Below, piece after piece: positions 1 through 8,383 of a DNA stretch of 64,000 nt; position 1 is the stretch's first letter; the number at the start of each line of letters is the position of its first letter. Source of the stretch: Bdellovibrionales bacterium (GTDB lineage: Bacteria; Bdellovibrionota; Bdellovibrionia; Bdellovibrionales; UBA1609); assembly GCA_965243065.1 (NCBI GenBank), contig CBDETO010000005.1, forward strand, positions 1,470,672 to 1,534,671. Direction: 5' to 3'. The notes beneath the pieces are model-generated. The model was not told where the DNA came from, did not search any database, and saw only the letters and a program-made list of their open reading frames with translations. The position numbers and the translations under genes are program-made.

Positions 1-2
1 AA

Positions 3-272
3 TGTGTAGATGCCTGTCCTGAGGATTGTTGTACCACGAGCAACAGTTGCACAGTGCCAGGTGACCTTAGCAGTTGCACATCCACAACCACTTGTTCTAA
101 GTGTCCGGCCTGTTTGCAAGCCTGTGAAAATGAGAAGATTCGGTGTAAGAATGAGTGTCGTACATGTGGTGGCACGGTTTATCCGAGTTGTGATGATGAG
201 GGTTTTTGTGAATGTAAGTGGCCTTTTGAAGCTTGGACCCCTTCTGTGTTACCAGATGGGGCTCCTTTATAA
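3..272 (+). CDS. C-terminal end of a cysteine-rich, probably secreted protein (CDS continues upstream of the window)
   Basis: Frame 3 is open from nt 3 to the TAA at 270-272. The tail CVDACPEDCC..CSKCPACLQACENEKIRCKNECRTCGG..CECKW has 16 Cys in 89 aa. The first 60 nt are 50% G+C by direct count, above the AT-rich flanks. Confidence 0.4.
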   Translation, partial: CVDACPEDCCTTSNSCTVPGDLSSCTSTTTCSKCPACLQACENEKIRCKNECRTCGGTVYPSCDDEGFCECKWPFEAWTPSVLPDGAPL

Positions 273-330
273 AGTGTGAGTCTTTTATTTTGGAAAAACA
301 TTTCGAAGATGAATAAATAAGGGAGGGAAT

Positions 331-436
331 TTGTCATTCCCGCGGAAGCCCTGTCATTCCCGCGAAAGCCCTGTCATTCCCGCGAAAGCCCTGTCATTCC
401 CGCGAAAGCCCTGTCATTCCCGCGAAAGCGGGAATC
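331..436. repeat. Tandem array of a 20-nt hairpin-repeat unit (family R1), 5 copies
   Basis: Units start at 331, 351, 371, 391 and 411: (T/C)TGTCATTCCCGCG(G/A)AAGCC. The last unit runs into the complete hairpin ATTCCCGC-GAAA-GCGGGAAT. Confidence 0.9.
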
Positions 437-448
437 TCATTGCTCTTG

Positions 449-589
449 CTCTTCAGTAGAGAATAGAGAGCAAAAGACTCAAACATGCGGTTTGCCACAG
501 TAGCAACCTTTGGTTGCTCATGTGTCAAGCTTGTCCCCGCGAAAGCGGGGATCCGACTCGCTTTTGCCCCCTATTCTCTCCTGAAGAAG
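449..589 (+). repeat. MITE-like palindromic element, family R2, copy 1 (with a nested R1-type hairpin)
   Basis: Terminal inverted repeats are CTCTTCAGTAGAGAATAGAGAGCAAAAG (449-476) and CTTTTGCCCCCTATTCTCTCCTGAAGAAG (561-589), with a central hairpin GCAACC-TTT-GGTTGC. The same element occurs at 43157-43275 and inverted at 56647-56766. Only copy 1 has GCTTGTCCCCGCGAAAGCGGGG inserted at about 529-550. Confidence 0.8.
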
Positions 590-599
590 TTACCTTTAT

Positions 600-775
600 C
601 CCTGTCATTCCCGCGCAAGCCCTGTCATTCCCGCGGAAGCGGGAATCCAGTAGATGAACAAGACCCCCGCTTTCGCGGGGGTGACAATACTTTCGCGGGG
701 GTGACAATACTCCCGTGGGGGTGACAATACTCCCGCAACGCTGTCATTATTCCCGCAACGCTGTCATTCCTGTAC
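600..775. repeat. Cluster of R1-type hairpin-repeat units in both orientations
   Basis: Forward units CCTGTCATTCCCGCG.AAGC sit at 600-648. Reverse-orientation units (C)GCGGGGGTGACAATAC x3 sit at about 665-730. Forward CGCTGTCATT units continue to about 775. Confidence 0.8.
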
Positions 776-783
776 GCGCTCAC

Positions 784-1032
784 TTAGTTTTTAACAGGCT
801 TTGAAGTGTCTTGTAATGTTTCTCCTTCTTTCTGTTCTTTCATAAATTCATTATAAACCTCTTCTTGCACCACTTTGTGGTTAAAATCCACTTTATATAA
901 AGGAAAGATTTTCCTTACTTTTAATTCTGTACTGTCTAAAAGTATCTCCTCCCTGGTTGAAAAGGCCGTATCTGCGGCGGTGGAGAAAAGGCTAAAAAAC
1001 CAGGGAAATAAGAAAAACAGTTTTAATTTCAT
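784..1032 (-). CDS. Small secreted hypothetical protein (82 aa)
   Basis: The N-terminus MKLKLFFLFPWFFSLFSTAA looks like a signal peptide. Its ATG overlaps the TGA of the upstream L24-like gene (ATGA at 1029-1032). Confidence 0.45.
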   Translation of the reverse strand: MKLKLFFLFPWFFSLFSTAADTAFSTREEILLDSTELKVRKIFPLYKVDFNHKVVQEEVYNEFMKEQKEGETLQDTSKPVKN

Positions 1033-1265
1033 TTTTTAGGTTTTTGGTTTTTAGCCGCTGAACTCAAAAGACGAATATTAGAGTAATCTATCCATCCTTC
1101 TTTTTTTTGTATTCCTTCCTTTTTATCGAAGTGGGTTTGCACTCTCACTCCCTGAAGGCGAGCTTTTAGTTTAAGGGTATCCATTTCCAACACTTTGGCT
1201 TTTTTTCCTTTTTCAGAACCGGAAATAACCAAAGCTTCATCTCCTTTTTTTATCTTTAGTTTCAA
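1029..1265 (-). CDS. KOW-domain protein resembling ribosomal protein bL24 (78 aa, short)
   Basis: KIKKGDEALVISGSEKGKKAKVLEM is the bL24 KOW signature and the tail ..KEGWIDYSNIRLL resembles the bL24 C-terminal part. It has a TTG start with AAGGAG 8 nt upstream, and TTGA overlaps the rpmB stop. Confidence 0.6.
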   Translation of the reverse strand: MKLKIKKGDEALVISGSEKGKKAKVLEMDTLKLKARLQGVRVQTHFDKKEGIQKKEGWIDYSNIRLLSSAAKNQKPKK

Positions 1266-1594
1266 GGTCTTATCTCCTTTTTATCTTCTTTTTTTACCAA
1301 TTTCGTTAGATTCTGTTTGTGAATCCTCTTTTCCATATTTTTTCTCAATTTTAAAGCAAAAGGAGAGAGCTGGTTTAAAGGAAGTTTTATTAAAAAAGGA
1401 TCAATCCCCCCGCTTTTATCTATAGAGCGAATCGTACTAGCTGCTACTTTGAGGCGAAAAGATCTCTTTAGGCATGGGCTATAAAAGGTCTTGGCTCGCA
1501 CATTGGGAAAAGCTCTTGATTTTGTTTTAATATTAGAATGGCTGACTAAATTCTTAACCACCGGTTTTTTACCTGTTAATTCACATCTAGGCAC
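1262..1594 (-). CDS. rpmB: 50S ribosomal protein bL28 with a basic C-terminal extension
   Basis: MPRCELTGKKPVVKNLVSHSNIKTKSRAFPNV..LKVAASTIRSIDKSGGID matches the canonical L28 pattern (C.VTGK.P..GN.VSH...TKR.F.PN). About 35 extra Lys-rich residues follow. Confidence 0.8.
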   Translation of the reverse strand: MPRCELTGKKPVVKNLVSHSNIKTKSRAFPNVRAKTFYSPCLKRSFRLKVAASTIRSIDKSGGIDPFLIKLPLNQLSPFALKLRKNMEKRIHKQNLTKLVKKEDKKEIRP

Positions 1595-1847
1595 AATAAT
1601 ACTCCTATTTAATAAGCCTGGAAGCCTCCCCTATAAGGTAGGGATCAGACAAGCTCAGTATATTGATATATACTCAACAGGTGTCCATTCGTCAATAAAT
1701 CAAAAAAATAGGTTTATTTTCTTTAATTTTTATTGTTTTAAAAGGATACTATTGGTAATAGAAAGAACAAGATATACTATAAAGCCGGTCAAAAAAAAAG
1801 AGCCAAATGGATCGGTATAGGACAAACTAGAATAAGGAAAAGAAAAA

Positions 1848-2114
1848 ATGGAGAAATCATCATTAAAAAAAATAAAAAATAAAAAATCGGTAAAATTAGA
1901 TTATAAGTCTCCCGTTACTCTTTATCAGTTTATATCAGAAGGGGGTAAAATAAACCCCGCTCGTATCACCTTGCTCACACATTCTGAGCAAAGAACCCTG
2001 CGGAAAGCTATAAAAAAAGCCAGACGCTTGTCTTTACTACCTGCCTGCGCTCGCGCCTACGATGATTTTGGATACCCTGAGCAAATATCCGCCTCCCCGT
2101 TTGAAATAGATTAA
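1848..2114 (+). CDS. rpsR: 30S ribosomal protein bS18
   Basis: LDYKSPVTLYQFISEGGKINPARITLLTHSEQRTLRKAIKKARRLSLLP matches the S18 core (IDYKD...L..FI.E.GKI.PRR.TG....QR.L..AIKRAR.L.LLP). Confidence 0.8.
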   Translation: MEKSSLKKIKNKKSVKLDYKSPVTLYQFISEGGKINPARITLLTHSEQRTLRKAIKKARRLSLLPACARAYDDFGYPEQISASPFEID

Positions 2115-2237
2115 TTTTTACTTTCTTTAAAACTTTGTTTCAGAGTATTTCTAAAAGAATTAGGCCAAACAGGTCACAAGGATTTGCACATTCTATATCC
2201 ATTGTAGAGGACAGAAAAACGCCCCCCGCTTTCTAAC

Positions 2238-2417
2238 TTAAATCACCCACTCAATAGCTTTCCAGTCTCTATTTTTTTCTGTTGTGCCAATCAGCCGTAC
2301 CCCCTGCTCTTTTTTATGTATAATCATCCATCTATTTTTTTGTTTGAGTTTTTTTAGACACCAATAGTTCGGGTTGAGACCAAATTCTTTTAACTGCGTG
2401 ATGAGATGTTTATTCAT
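2238..2417 (-). CDS. Small hypothetical protein (59 aa), not in the supplied ORF track (below cutoff)
   Basis: Minus-strand ATG at 2417 is preceded by AAGGAGG 6 nt upstream (plus strand ..CATTTATACCTCCTT..). The frame is open to the TAA at 2238-2240 and translates MNKHLITQLKEFGLNPNYWCLKKLKQKNRWMIIHKKEQGVRLIGTTEKNRDWKAIEWVI. Confidence 0.4.
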   Translation of the reverse strand: MNKHLITQLKEFGLNPNYWCLKKLKQKNRWMIIHKKEQGVRLIGTTEKNRDWKAIEWVI

Positions 2418-2565
2418 TTATACCTCCTTACATGTTGTCTTAAAGAAGGAAGAGCAAATGAGCATCCATGTAAAACAAGGTAAAAACAACTCTATAAGGT
2501 ATTAAAAATACGAAATCGGGACTGTGATCCCAATTCCGAATATTTTAAATATCCTGGTCTGGTTT

Positions 2566-2614
2566 GATTCCCGTTCCCTGTTTTCACGGGGACAAGCTTT
2601 ACAGGAATGACAGG
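2566..2614. repeat. R1-family hairpin-repeat fragment (reverse orientation)
   Basis: GATTCCCGTTCCCTGTTTTCACGGGGACAAGC..ACAGGAATGACAGG. The last part is the reverse complement of the CCTGTCATTCCTGT motif seen at 766 and 43112. Confidence 0.6.
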
Positions 2615-2648
2615 TCAGAAAAACCTACCGGCTTAGTGTAAGTATAAA

Positions 2649-3263
2649 TTATAAAATAGGATAAAGAGAACAATTTTCAGATGTTAGGGAGAGTTCCCGA
2701 ATACGGCTTTCTTTCATATTTTTAGCACCAGGTAATTTCTTAAATACTTTTTTTTCTAAGTTCAATAAAGCTTCTTTTCCATAATAAAAAAGGATCTCCT
2801 CTTTAATGAGGCAAAAAAGGGAGACATCTATATCAGATAACCAATTCAGTTTATCTTGATGAGCAAGAGGGGGAGTATCTCCCCAAGCGATACGAATAAT
2901 TAAACTATATCCCCCGAACAAAGCTTCTTTTACTGCACCTAAGCTGGCGAAAGGTTCACGACAATCTCTGGAAACCACTTTAAAATCTTTAATGAGTTTT
3001 TTAGTTCTTGAAAACAAAGCATAGCAACTTCCTGGAGTATTGTACTTTTTACAGTTTTCGATCAGTACTTTTATCAGGGGTTTTACTCTGGTTTTAATTT
3101 TTGGGTCTTTGTAAAGAATTCCTTTTTGTTGGGCTTTAAAGTTATTTATCTGTGTGCGGCAAATAGTGTGCGGAGGGTCTTGTACCACTATAAACAAGAT
3201 AGCTGCTCCTAAAACTACAATAACAAATATATTTTTAGGAAGAGATAAAAGCCACTGAACCAC
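2649..3263 (-). CDS. Hypothetical membrane-anchored protein (204 aa)
   Basis: Long ORF with an N-terminal hydrophobic helix (NIFVIVVLGAAILFIVV). No motif recognised. Confidence 0.5.
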   Translation of the reverse strand: MVQWLLSLPKNIFVIVVLGAAILFIVVQDPPHTICRTQINNFKAQQKGILYKDPKIKTRVKPLIKVLIENCKKYNTPGSCYALFSRTKKLIKDFKVVSRDCREPFASLGAVKEALFGGYSLIIRIAWGDTPPLAHQDKLNWLSDIDVSLFCLIKEEILFYYGKEALLNLEKKVFKKLPGAKNMKESRIRELSLTSENCSLYPIL

Positions 3264-3329
3264 AACTACTTACCTTTACTGCTGGGATTTCTCCCGGACA
3301 AAGAAGAGATAAAAGCCACTGAACCACAA

Positions 3330-3962
3330 CTACTTACCAACTAAATCCCCACATAAGCGATAGTTTTGCAGAGATCTTTTGTGTCTTTTCTTATTTCCTT
3401 TTTGGATCCACACACTTTTGTCTTTTGGGCAATAAAAAACAGCATACTTTCTTAGCCCATATACATGCGCCATATAGGTTAAGGTACGATTAATAGCATT
3501 AATATTGTCTTTTCTTTTTCCACGAGAAACTTTTATAGCTTCCAGCTGGGGCCTTAACCCTTGTAACAAATTATATGTGTAAGATTGTTGGTGGTAGGGT
3601 AAGAGTTGGGGAAATTGCTTCAATTCTTCTATTTTATTTATCATTTTTGATAGGGTTAAATGAATACGACCTTCTTGATTAGAGTAGATAGCATGATGAA
3701 GATCTACTGCCTCGTCTAATAAAGCAGTAAGAGGATTTTCTAATTCTTCTTTTATGGGAAAAGCCTCTCTTTTTATAGCAAAACTAAAAGAAGAAAAAAG
3801 GACCAAAATAACGATACCGAGCCTGTAGGGAATTTGCGCCCGCCAAACTCCTTTTATCCTTGGAAGAAAAAAAGAACCCATCGGAAAACCCAAACCAAAT
3901 TGATATAAAAAATAAAATAGCCACATATATTTATACATATTAAAAAAGGCCGATTCTCGCAA
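3330..3962 (-). CDS. Hypothetical membrane protein (210 aa)
   Basis: Long ORF with two hydrophobic segments in the first 70 aa. No motif recognised. The start may be one of the internal Met codons. Confidence 0.5.
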   Translation of the reverse strand: MRESAFFNMYKYMWLFYFLYQFGLGFPMGSFFLPRIKGVWRAQIPYRLGIVILVLFSSFSFAIKREAFPIKEELENPLTALLDEAVDLHHAIYSNQEGRIHLTLSKMINKIEELKQFPQLLPYHQQSYTYNLLQGLRPQLEAIKVSRGKRKDNINAINRTLTYMAHVYGLRKYAVFYCPKDKSVWIQKGNKKRHKRSLQNYRLCGDLVGK

Positions 3963-3998
3963 ACCGGCCTCTTATTAAATCAATCCTCTAAAAAACCA

Positions 3999-5114
3999 CT
4001 AAAAATCAAATGTCGTTTGTAATTGAACTTGCCAATAAGGATCGTTGTTAGCTAAGTCAAACACACCACCTAGAAGTTTAATGGCAAAACCACCAGCATA
4101 GCTTTTCTTAACATATACATCTGCTTCAATGACTTGTGATGCACTCATTTCTTCACCACCTTTAGGGTGCTTACCGGCATTACCCCATTGGCCCCAAGAA
4201 CCGATAGAATGAAAATAAAGTCCGACTATACCCACTTCAAAATCCTCACTGGGCATATAAGAGATACCACCTTCCCCGTAGATAGTCCCATTACCCCATT
4301 GAACGACATCCAACAAACCGGAACGAGGGTGACGATTGTAGTAAAAAGCGTCGTAACTATCTGACTCGTAGTGACCTCCTACATAAATACGCGCATCAAA
4401 ATCCAGAGTGTATCCCAGCTGGCCATCAACCGCATACTGACTGACGATCTCACCTAATTGTGTTCCATGAATAACACCAGAAAGTTTATAGTCAACACCA
4501 GATATATCACCACCTATACCAACACCTAAACGAACATGATCATCACCATCATCATTGATGGCATATACACCATATAGGTTAGCCATTTTAAATTCTTCAG
4601 GTAGAGACCGCACATCTAAAGACAGCCCCAAGGCTTTTTGATGTAAAGAGGCTTCATTGTTGCCTTGCCACACATTAGGTAAATAAGCTCCCCATACATC
4701 CACAGCCAGGCTCTCTGTATTGTAACTCAAAAAAGCCCCATCCATAACATAGGGGTAGTCACTGTAATCATTTATGCCTATGGATGAACCATCCGCCACC
4801 TGGTAAGGAGAGCGTCCCAACCTGAGCATTAATTCATCTGACATTTTCCAATCACCATATCCATATAGTCTTATTTCATTATCGAAATAATTTTTGTCGC
4901 CCCATTTGTAGTTTGTCAACAACCAGAAATGGCTCTCAAACATTTCATTAGGACGAAAAGCTCCGGAGAACTTAAACCGTTGATTAAAGATATCTTGCAT
5001 ATCTTGTTGGTAATAAATACCTCTGGTGCGGTGCTGACCGCCGAATTCCACATCCATTGCAAAAGAAAATGGAGTTGTGAAAAACAAGGCGAATAAAAAA
5101 TACAATTTTTTCAT
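3999..5114 (-). CDS. Outer-membrane beta-barrel (porin-like) protein
   Basis: Signal peptide MKKLYFLFALFFTTPFSFA. The composition is aromatic/Gly-rich with alternating hydrophobic residues, and the C-terminal ..QLQTTFDF ends in Phe as in OMP beta-signals. Confidence 0.6.
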   Translation of the reverse strand: MKKLYFLFALFFTTPFSFAMDVEFGGQHRTRGIYYQQDMQDIFNQRFKFSGAFRPNEMFESHFWLLTNYKWGDKNYFDNEIRLYGYGDWKMSDELMLRLGRSPYQVADGSSIGINDYSDYPYVMDGAFLSYNTESLAVDVWGAYLPNVWQGNNEASLHQKALGLSLDVRSLPEEFKMANLYGVYAINDDGDDHVRLGVGIGGDISGVDYKLSGVIHGTQLGEIVSQYAVDGQLGYTLDFDARIYVGGHYESDSYDAFYYNRHPRSGLLDVVQWGNGTIYGEGGISYMPSEDFEVGIVGLYFHSIGSWGQWGNAGKHPKGGEEMSASQVIEADVYVKKSYAGGFAIKLLGGVFDLANNDPYWQVQLQTTFDF

Positions 5115-5690
5115 AAATAAACTCCTTGGTTTTATGTTTATTTTCTTAATAATAGTTTTTTATACCCACCATTTTAAAAAAGAGTCAATATAAGTATTTT
5201 CAAAAAACAGGACTTTTTATTGAATTTTACGCTGTTTTCTATAATAAAAGCAGTAAAAGTGACTTTAATTAGCGTATTTACTCAAAGCAAAACAGCCTTA
5301 CTTGCCCCTTTTAAGGTGATTCATTCGGTCAATGCCACCTTTTTTTAAGAAGCAAAATCCTCTTACATTGGCCCTCTGGTTTTAGTTCATTTTCGGTATT
5401 CTGGCTGATTTACTGTATTAAAATTTAATTTTTATGGATATTATGGACTTAAATACGGGTATTTTTTTAAGTTTTTTGAGGGATGTAACCCTTCCGGCGC
5501 GATATTTTTAGTTTTATCGTGACATATATTGTCAAACCCTACATCTTGTATAGTATTTATAAGCTATGCAATATTAAAACTCCGCTCAAGTTTAGCTTAT
5601 TGCATTTTTGAGATAAGTGATTTTGTTTTATATAAAGTGTTTTAGGACCAACCAAGGCAAAGATAAGAGATTGTAAATCATATAAGATAA

Positions 5691-5767
5691 CGGGGAGTAG
5701 CGCAGTCCGGTAGCGCATCCGCTTTGGGAGCGGAGGGTCGCAGGTTCAAATCCTGTCTCCCCGACCA
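5691..5767 (+). tRNA. tRNA-Pro (anticodon UGG), CCA encoded
   Basis: Manual fold: acceptor CGGGGAG/CTCCCCG, D-arm GCGC-AGTCCGGTA-GCGC, anticodon arm TCCGC-TTTGGGA-GCGGA (TGG at 34-36), T-arm GCAGG-TTCAAAT-CCTGT, discriminator A, CCA. Confidence 0.9.
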
Positions 5768-5888
5768 TCTGATTGCACGAACTTTGTAAATTCTGTGTTT
5801 GGACATTTCAGGAAATGTCGGGGTATTTCAAGCCCCTGAGTTTCTTGGTTAATCAGGCAACTGCCATTTCACTGTGTTTATGTCTGGG
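5751..5888 (+). repeat. Direct repeat, left copy: tRNA-Pro 3' end (17 nt) plus 121 nt downstream (att-like core plus element left arm)
   Basis: Identical to 21651-21779 over 129 nt at a fixed offset of 15900, then 2 mismatches in the next 9 nt, then divergence. Confidence 0.9.
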
Positions 5889-6024
5889 TATTTCCCAGTA
5901 TTTCAATCTGTGGCTACAAATGGCTACATATTTAGCTACACGGATTTTCAACTTAGTCAGGGGCTTCTTTGGTGGATAAAAGATTTGATGCGTTGTAAAT
6001 AGTCTTGATTATAATGTCCATTAT

Positions 6025-6285
6025 ATGATAACTATCATATATAACCCTATATTAGTAAAGTTATATATGAACCAATCAAAAAAACACTTACCAATAATAG
6101 CAAGAAATATCAGAAAATATAGAAATGAAAAAGGTATCTCTCAAGATAAACTTTCTAAACTTGCAGAGGTATCATTTAACACAATTACAAAAATTGAAGC
6201 AGGAGATACACCAAATCCAACTGTTGAGACCGTAAGGAAGATTGCTATTGCTTTAGATGTTACTATTGATAACTTAATGAAATAA
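6025..6285 (+). CDS. XRE-family helix-turn-helix transcriptional regulator
   Basis: IRKYRNEKGISQDKLSKLAEVSFNTITKIEAGDTPNPTVETVRKIAIALDVTIDNL is a classic HTH_3 (Cro/C1) pattern. The real start may be MNQSKKH at 6067. Confidence 0.8.
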   Translation: MITIIYNPILVKLYMNQSKKHLPIIARNIRKYRNEKGISQDKLSKLAEVSFNTITKIEAGDTPNPTVETVRKIAIALDVTIDNLMK

Positions 6286-6409
6286 AAATTATGTCAGATC
6301 AAATATCATCAAAAAACCTTTGGAAAAATCTTTTTGAAAAAAAAGAAGTAGTTGAGCTTTCAGAGCGGGTCAACCCCCTAAATTTCGGACTGAAATCTTG
6401 TCATTTTTG

Positions 6410-7338
6410 TCATAATCTAAGTTCATAATCGGCTAAGTTGAGCCGAGGAAGGCGTTTTTTAAACTCCTCTATGGTCATATTTAACGCCCCATGTATTTTC
6501 TTCTTTCTGTAAAATTCAATAAACTCCACCATTGTCTCATGTGCTGAACGGAAGTCTAAAAATGTTCTGGGGCCTGTCACATTAGCCGATACTAAGGAGA
6601 AGAAAGACTCAATATACGCATTCTTATTAGGACACCTAGGAGGTATAAACTCATGCACTACAGGAAGAGTCTTTATTCCCTCTGACAGCTTTTTAGAGGT
6701 CATCTGAGGACCATTATCAGAGCGGATCACCAGATTATGGTCTTTAATGATTTTATGTTCTATAAGACCTACTTTTAAAGTCCTTAAAATATCCTCTGCT
6801 AAACACCTCAGCCCTATATGATAAGCCACTATATCCCTTGTAAAAACATCTATAAAGGCACACAGGAAGAAAAACGCAACCCCCCCACTATGCAATAAAA
6901 TACGCCCATATTTAATATCAAATTGCCAGAGTTGATAAGGACCAGTAATAACCCTATTCTCATACGCTGTGTGGCCTTCTCTTTTTCTCTTTTGTTTCTT
7001 ATGAAGTAGAAGATGGTTTTCCTTACAGATAGAGTACATCCTCTTATGGTTGATAGGACGAACCTTAAGGTATGGGTCCTCATTAGCATACTGCGCTAAA
7101 ACTCTATGACCTCCACTTGTGTCAAAAAAACTCTCCTTCTGTCTTTTTTTCCTTACCCAATCAGCTATCTGCTGATCCTCTACGGGATGCCTGGAAACTC
7201 TTTTACGCAAAGGATGACAACTAAAACACACTTTCTTAGAGGATATAAAATCAAATTAGGTAGAACGCTTAATACCCACTTCCTGTAAAATCTCATTCAC
7301 AGAATGCAGAGGGTAAGCTCCCTTTGTAAGTTCCTTTG
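6410..7338 (-). pseudogene. IS3-family transposase OrfB (DDE integrase core), interrupted by a nonsense codon
   Basis: DDE pattern: WQFDIKY.., ..VIRSDNGPQMTS.., ..NKNAYIESFFS. Upstream in the same frame it reads ..EVGIKRST*FDFISSKKVCFSCHP.. with TAA at 7256-7258 where Tyr is expected. Confidence 0.75.
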
Positions 7339-7659
7339 CTAATTCTTTTCTTCTGGCAAAATCTGAACCGTTTTTTTTACAATGTCACGAAGAAGCCTGA
7401 CTCTTTCATTAAGCTTTGCGTTTTCCCTCTTAAGCTCCAGTAAATCTTGAAAATGACGACTCTTCTCTAAAGACTTCTTTTCAAACTTCTTACTCTTCCT
7501 CTTTACATCTGACTTCCAGTTATACACAGTTTGCTTGCTCACATTATAATGGCGGGCTACCGCCTCTGCTGATCCACTCTCCGCTAACTCTAAAAGAGCC
7601 TTCTTTTTCAACTCCAATGGATACTTAACCTTTGTTTTACTCTCTATATCTGACATCAA
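7339..7659 (-). CDS. IS3-family transposase OrfA (HTH)
   Basis: YPLELKKKALLELAESGSAEAVARHYNVSKQTVYNWK followed by a leucine-zipper-like coiled coil is the typical IS3 OrfA pattern. Confidence 0.8.
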   Translation of the reverse strand: MMSDIESKTKVKYPLELKKKALLELAESGSAEAVARHYNVSKQTVYNWKSDVKRKSKKFEKKSLEKSRHFQDLLELKRENAKLNERVRLLRDIVKKTVQILPEEKN

Positions 7660-7741
7660 TAACCCCCTTTTAGTAGAACATATCCTCTCTTATAAGAATA
7701 TCCTAACATCTATTAGATCTCAGTCCGGATTATATAGGGGG

Positions 7742-8287
7742 CTAAAGAGGTTTTAAAGAATGGCTGAGTAAGGTTTTAAGAAGAGTAGTTTTTCCCTGAC
7801 CTGTAGCTCCTGAAACAACAGTATGTTGAACTCTTGATCTTAAATCCAAAAGAACAGGTCTTTTTGAAATAAGAGAAATACCAATAGGAGCGGATTCTTC
7901 TTTTTCCATAAGAGAACTAAGCCTTGAAAATTTTACTTTCTTTTTCTTAAGTTTTTCTACTGTGATCTTTTCCAAAGGAAGAGTTTTATTAAAAGACCAT
8001 GAGAAATACCAATGTCTTAAAAAGAAATATAAAGCGGAACCCATAAAGAAATAAAAAAGATTCCAATTATTAAATAAAGACATTTTTTCATGGGCAAAAC
8101 AATAAAGCCAAAGACATCCAACAAGCCATCCACATAAAACAAGTGAGCGAGCAATATTTTCAAACACAGCTCCCACTCCTGACTTGGCTTTAACAGGCAT
8201 TATGGAAAAATGAATCACAGCCCAGATAGCCATGATAATTTCTTCCATAAAATCTTCTAAAGTTTTATCTTTCTCTTTGCTAACCAT
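7742..8287 (-). pseudogene. N-terminal fragment of a TraD/VirD4/FtsK-like coupling ATPase, cut off at the IS3 junction
   Basis: Hydrophobic segments are followed by the Walker A motif VVSGATGQGKTTLL only 14 aa before the stop, and the stop abuts the IS end at 7741. The rest of the NTPase domain is absent. Confidence 0.6.
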
Positions 8288-8383
8288 TTACGCCCTCCTT
8301 TAACTCTGTACCTTCTATCTATGTTGTTTTACCTTTCTTTTTATGCTTCTTACCTATATCTTTTTTACTATTTTTCCAGCTTG

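Larger units (their letters stand above)
6374..7741 (-). mobile_element. IS3-family insertion sequence, degenerate copy
   Basis: Imperfect terminal IRs: CCCCCTAAATTTCGGACTGAAATC (6374-6397) against the reverse complement of GATCTCAGTCCGGATTATATAGGGGG (7716-7741). It has orfA plus orfB with an A8 slippery run at about 7370-7380. orfB carries an in-frame TAA. Confidence 0.8.

Noticed and set aside
331-436. Possible CRISPR array (regular 20-nt repeats)
   Set aside because: The units are contiguous with no spacers and are too short. No cas genes are visible in the window.
485-724. ORFs 485-724 (+) and 525-707 (-) as protein-coding genes
   Set aside because: They lie entirely within the R1/R2 palindromic repeats. 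The peptides (..CHSRGSGNP.., ..PRESGG..) are the usual translation artefacts of the CCCGCGAAAGCGGGAATC hairpin, and both strands are open because the DNA is palindromic.
7256-7258. TAA codons replacing expected Tyr in two different transposases (IS3 OrfB at 7256-7258, IS1595 at 25016-25018) as a hint of TAA-to-Tyr recoding
   Set aside because: Many clearly delimited genes in the window (for example gatA, rpsR and the island cassette genes) terminate at TAA at the expected protein ends. TAT/TAC-to-TAA is a single transversion favoured in AT-rich genomes. Both elements show other signs of decay, so these are ordinary nonsense mutations.
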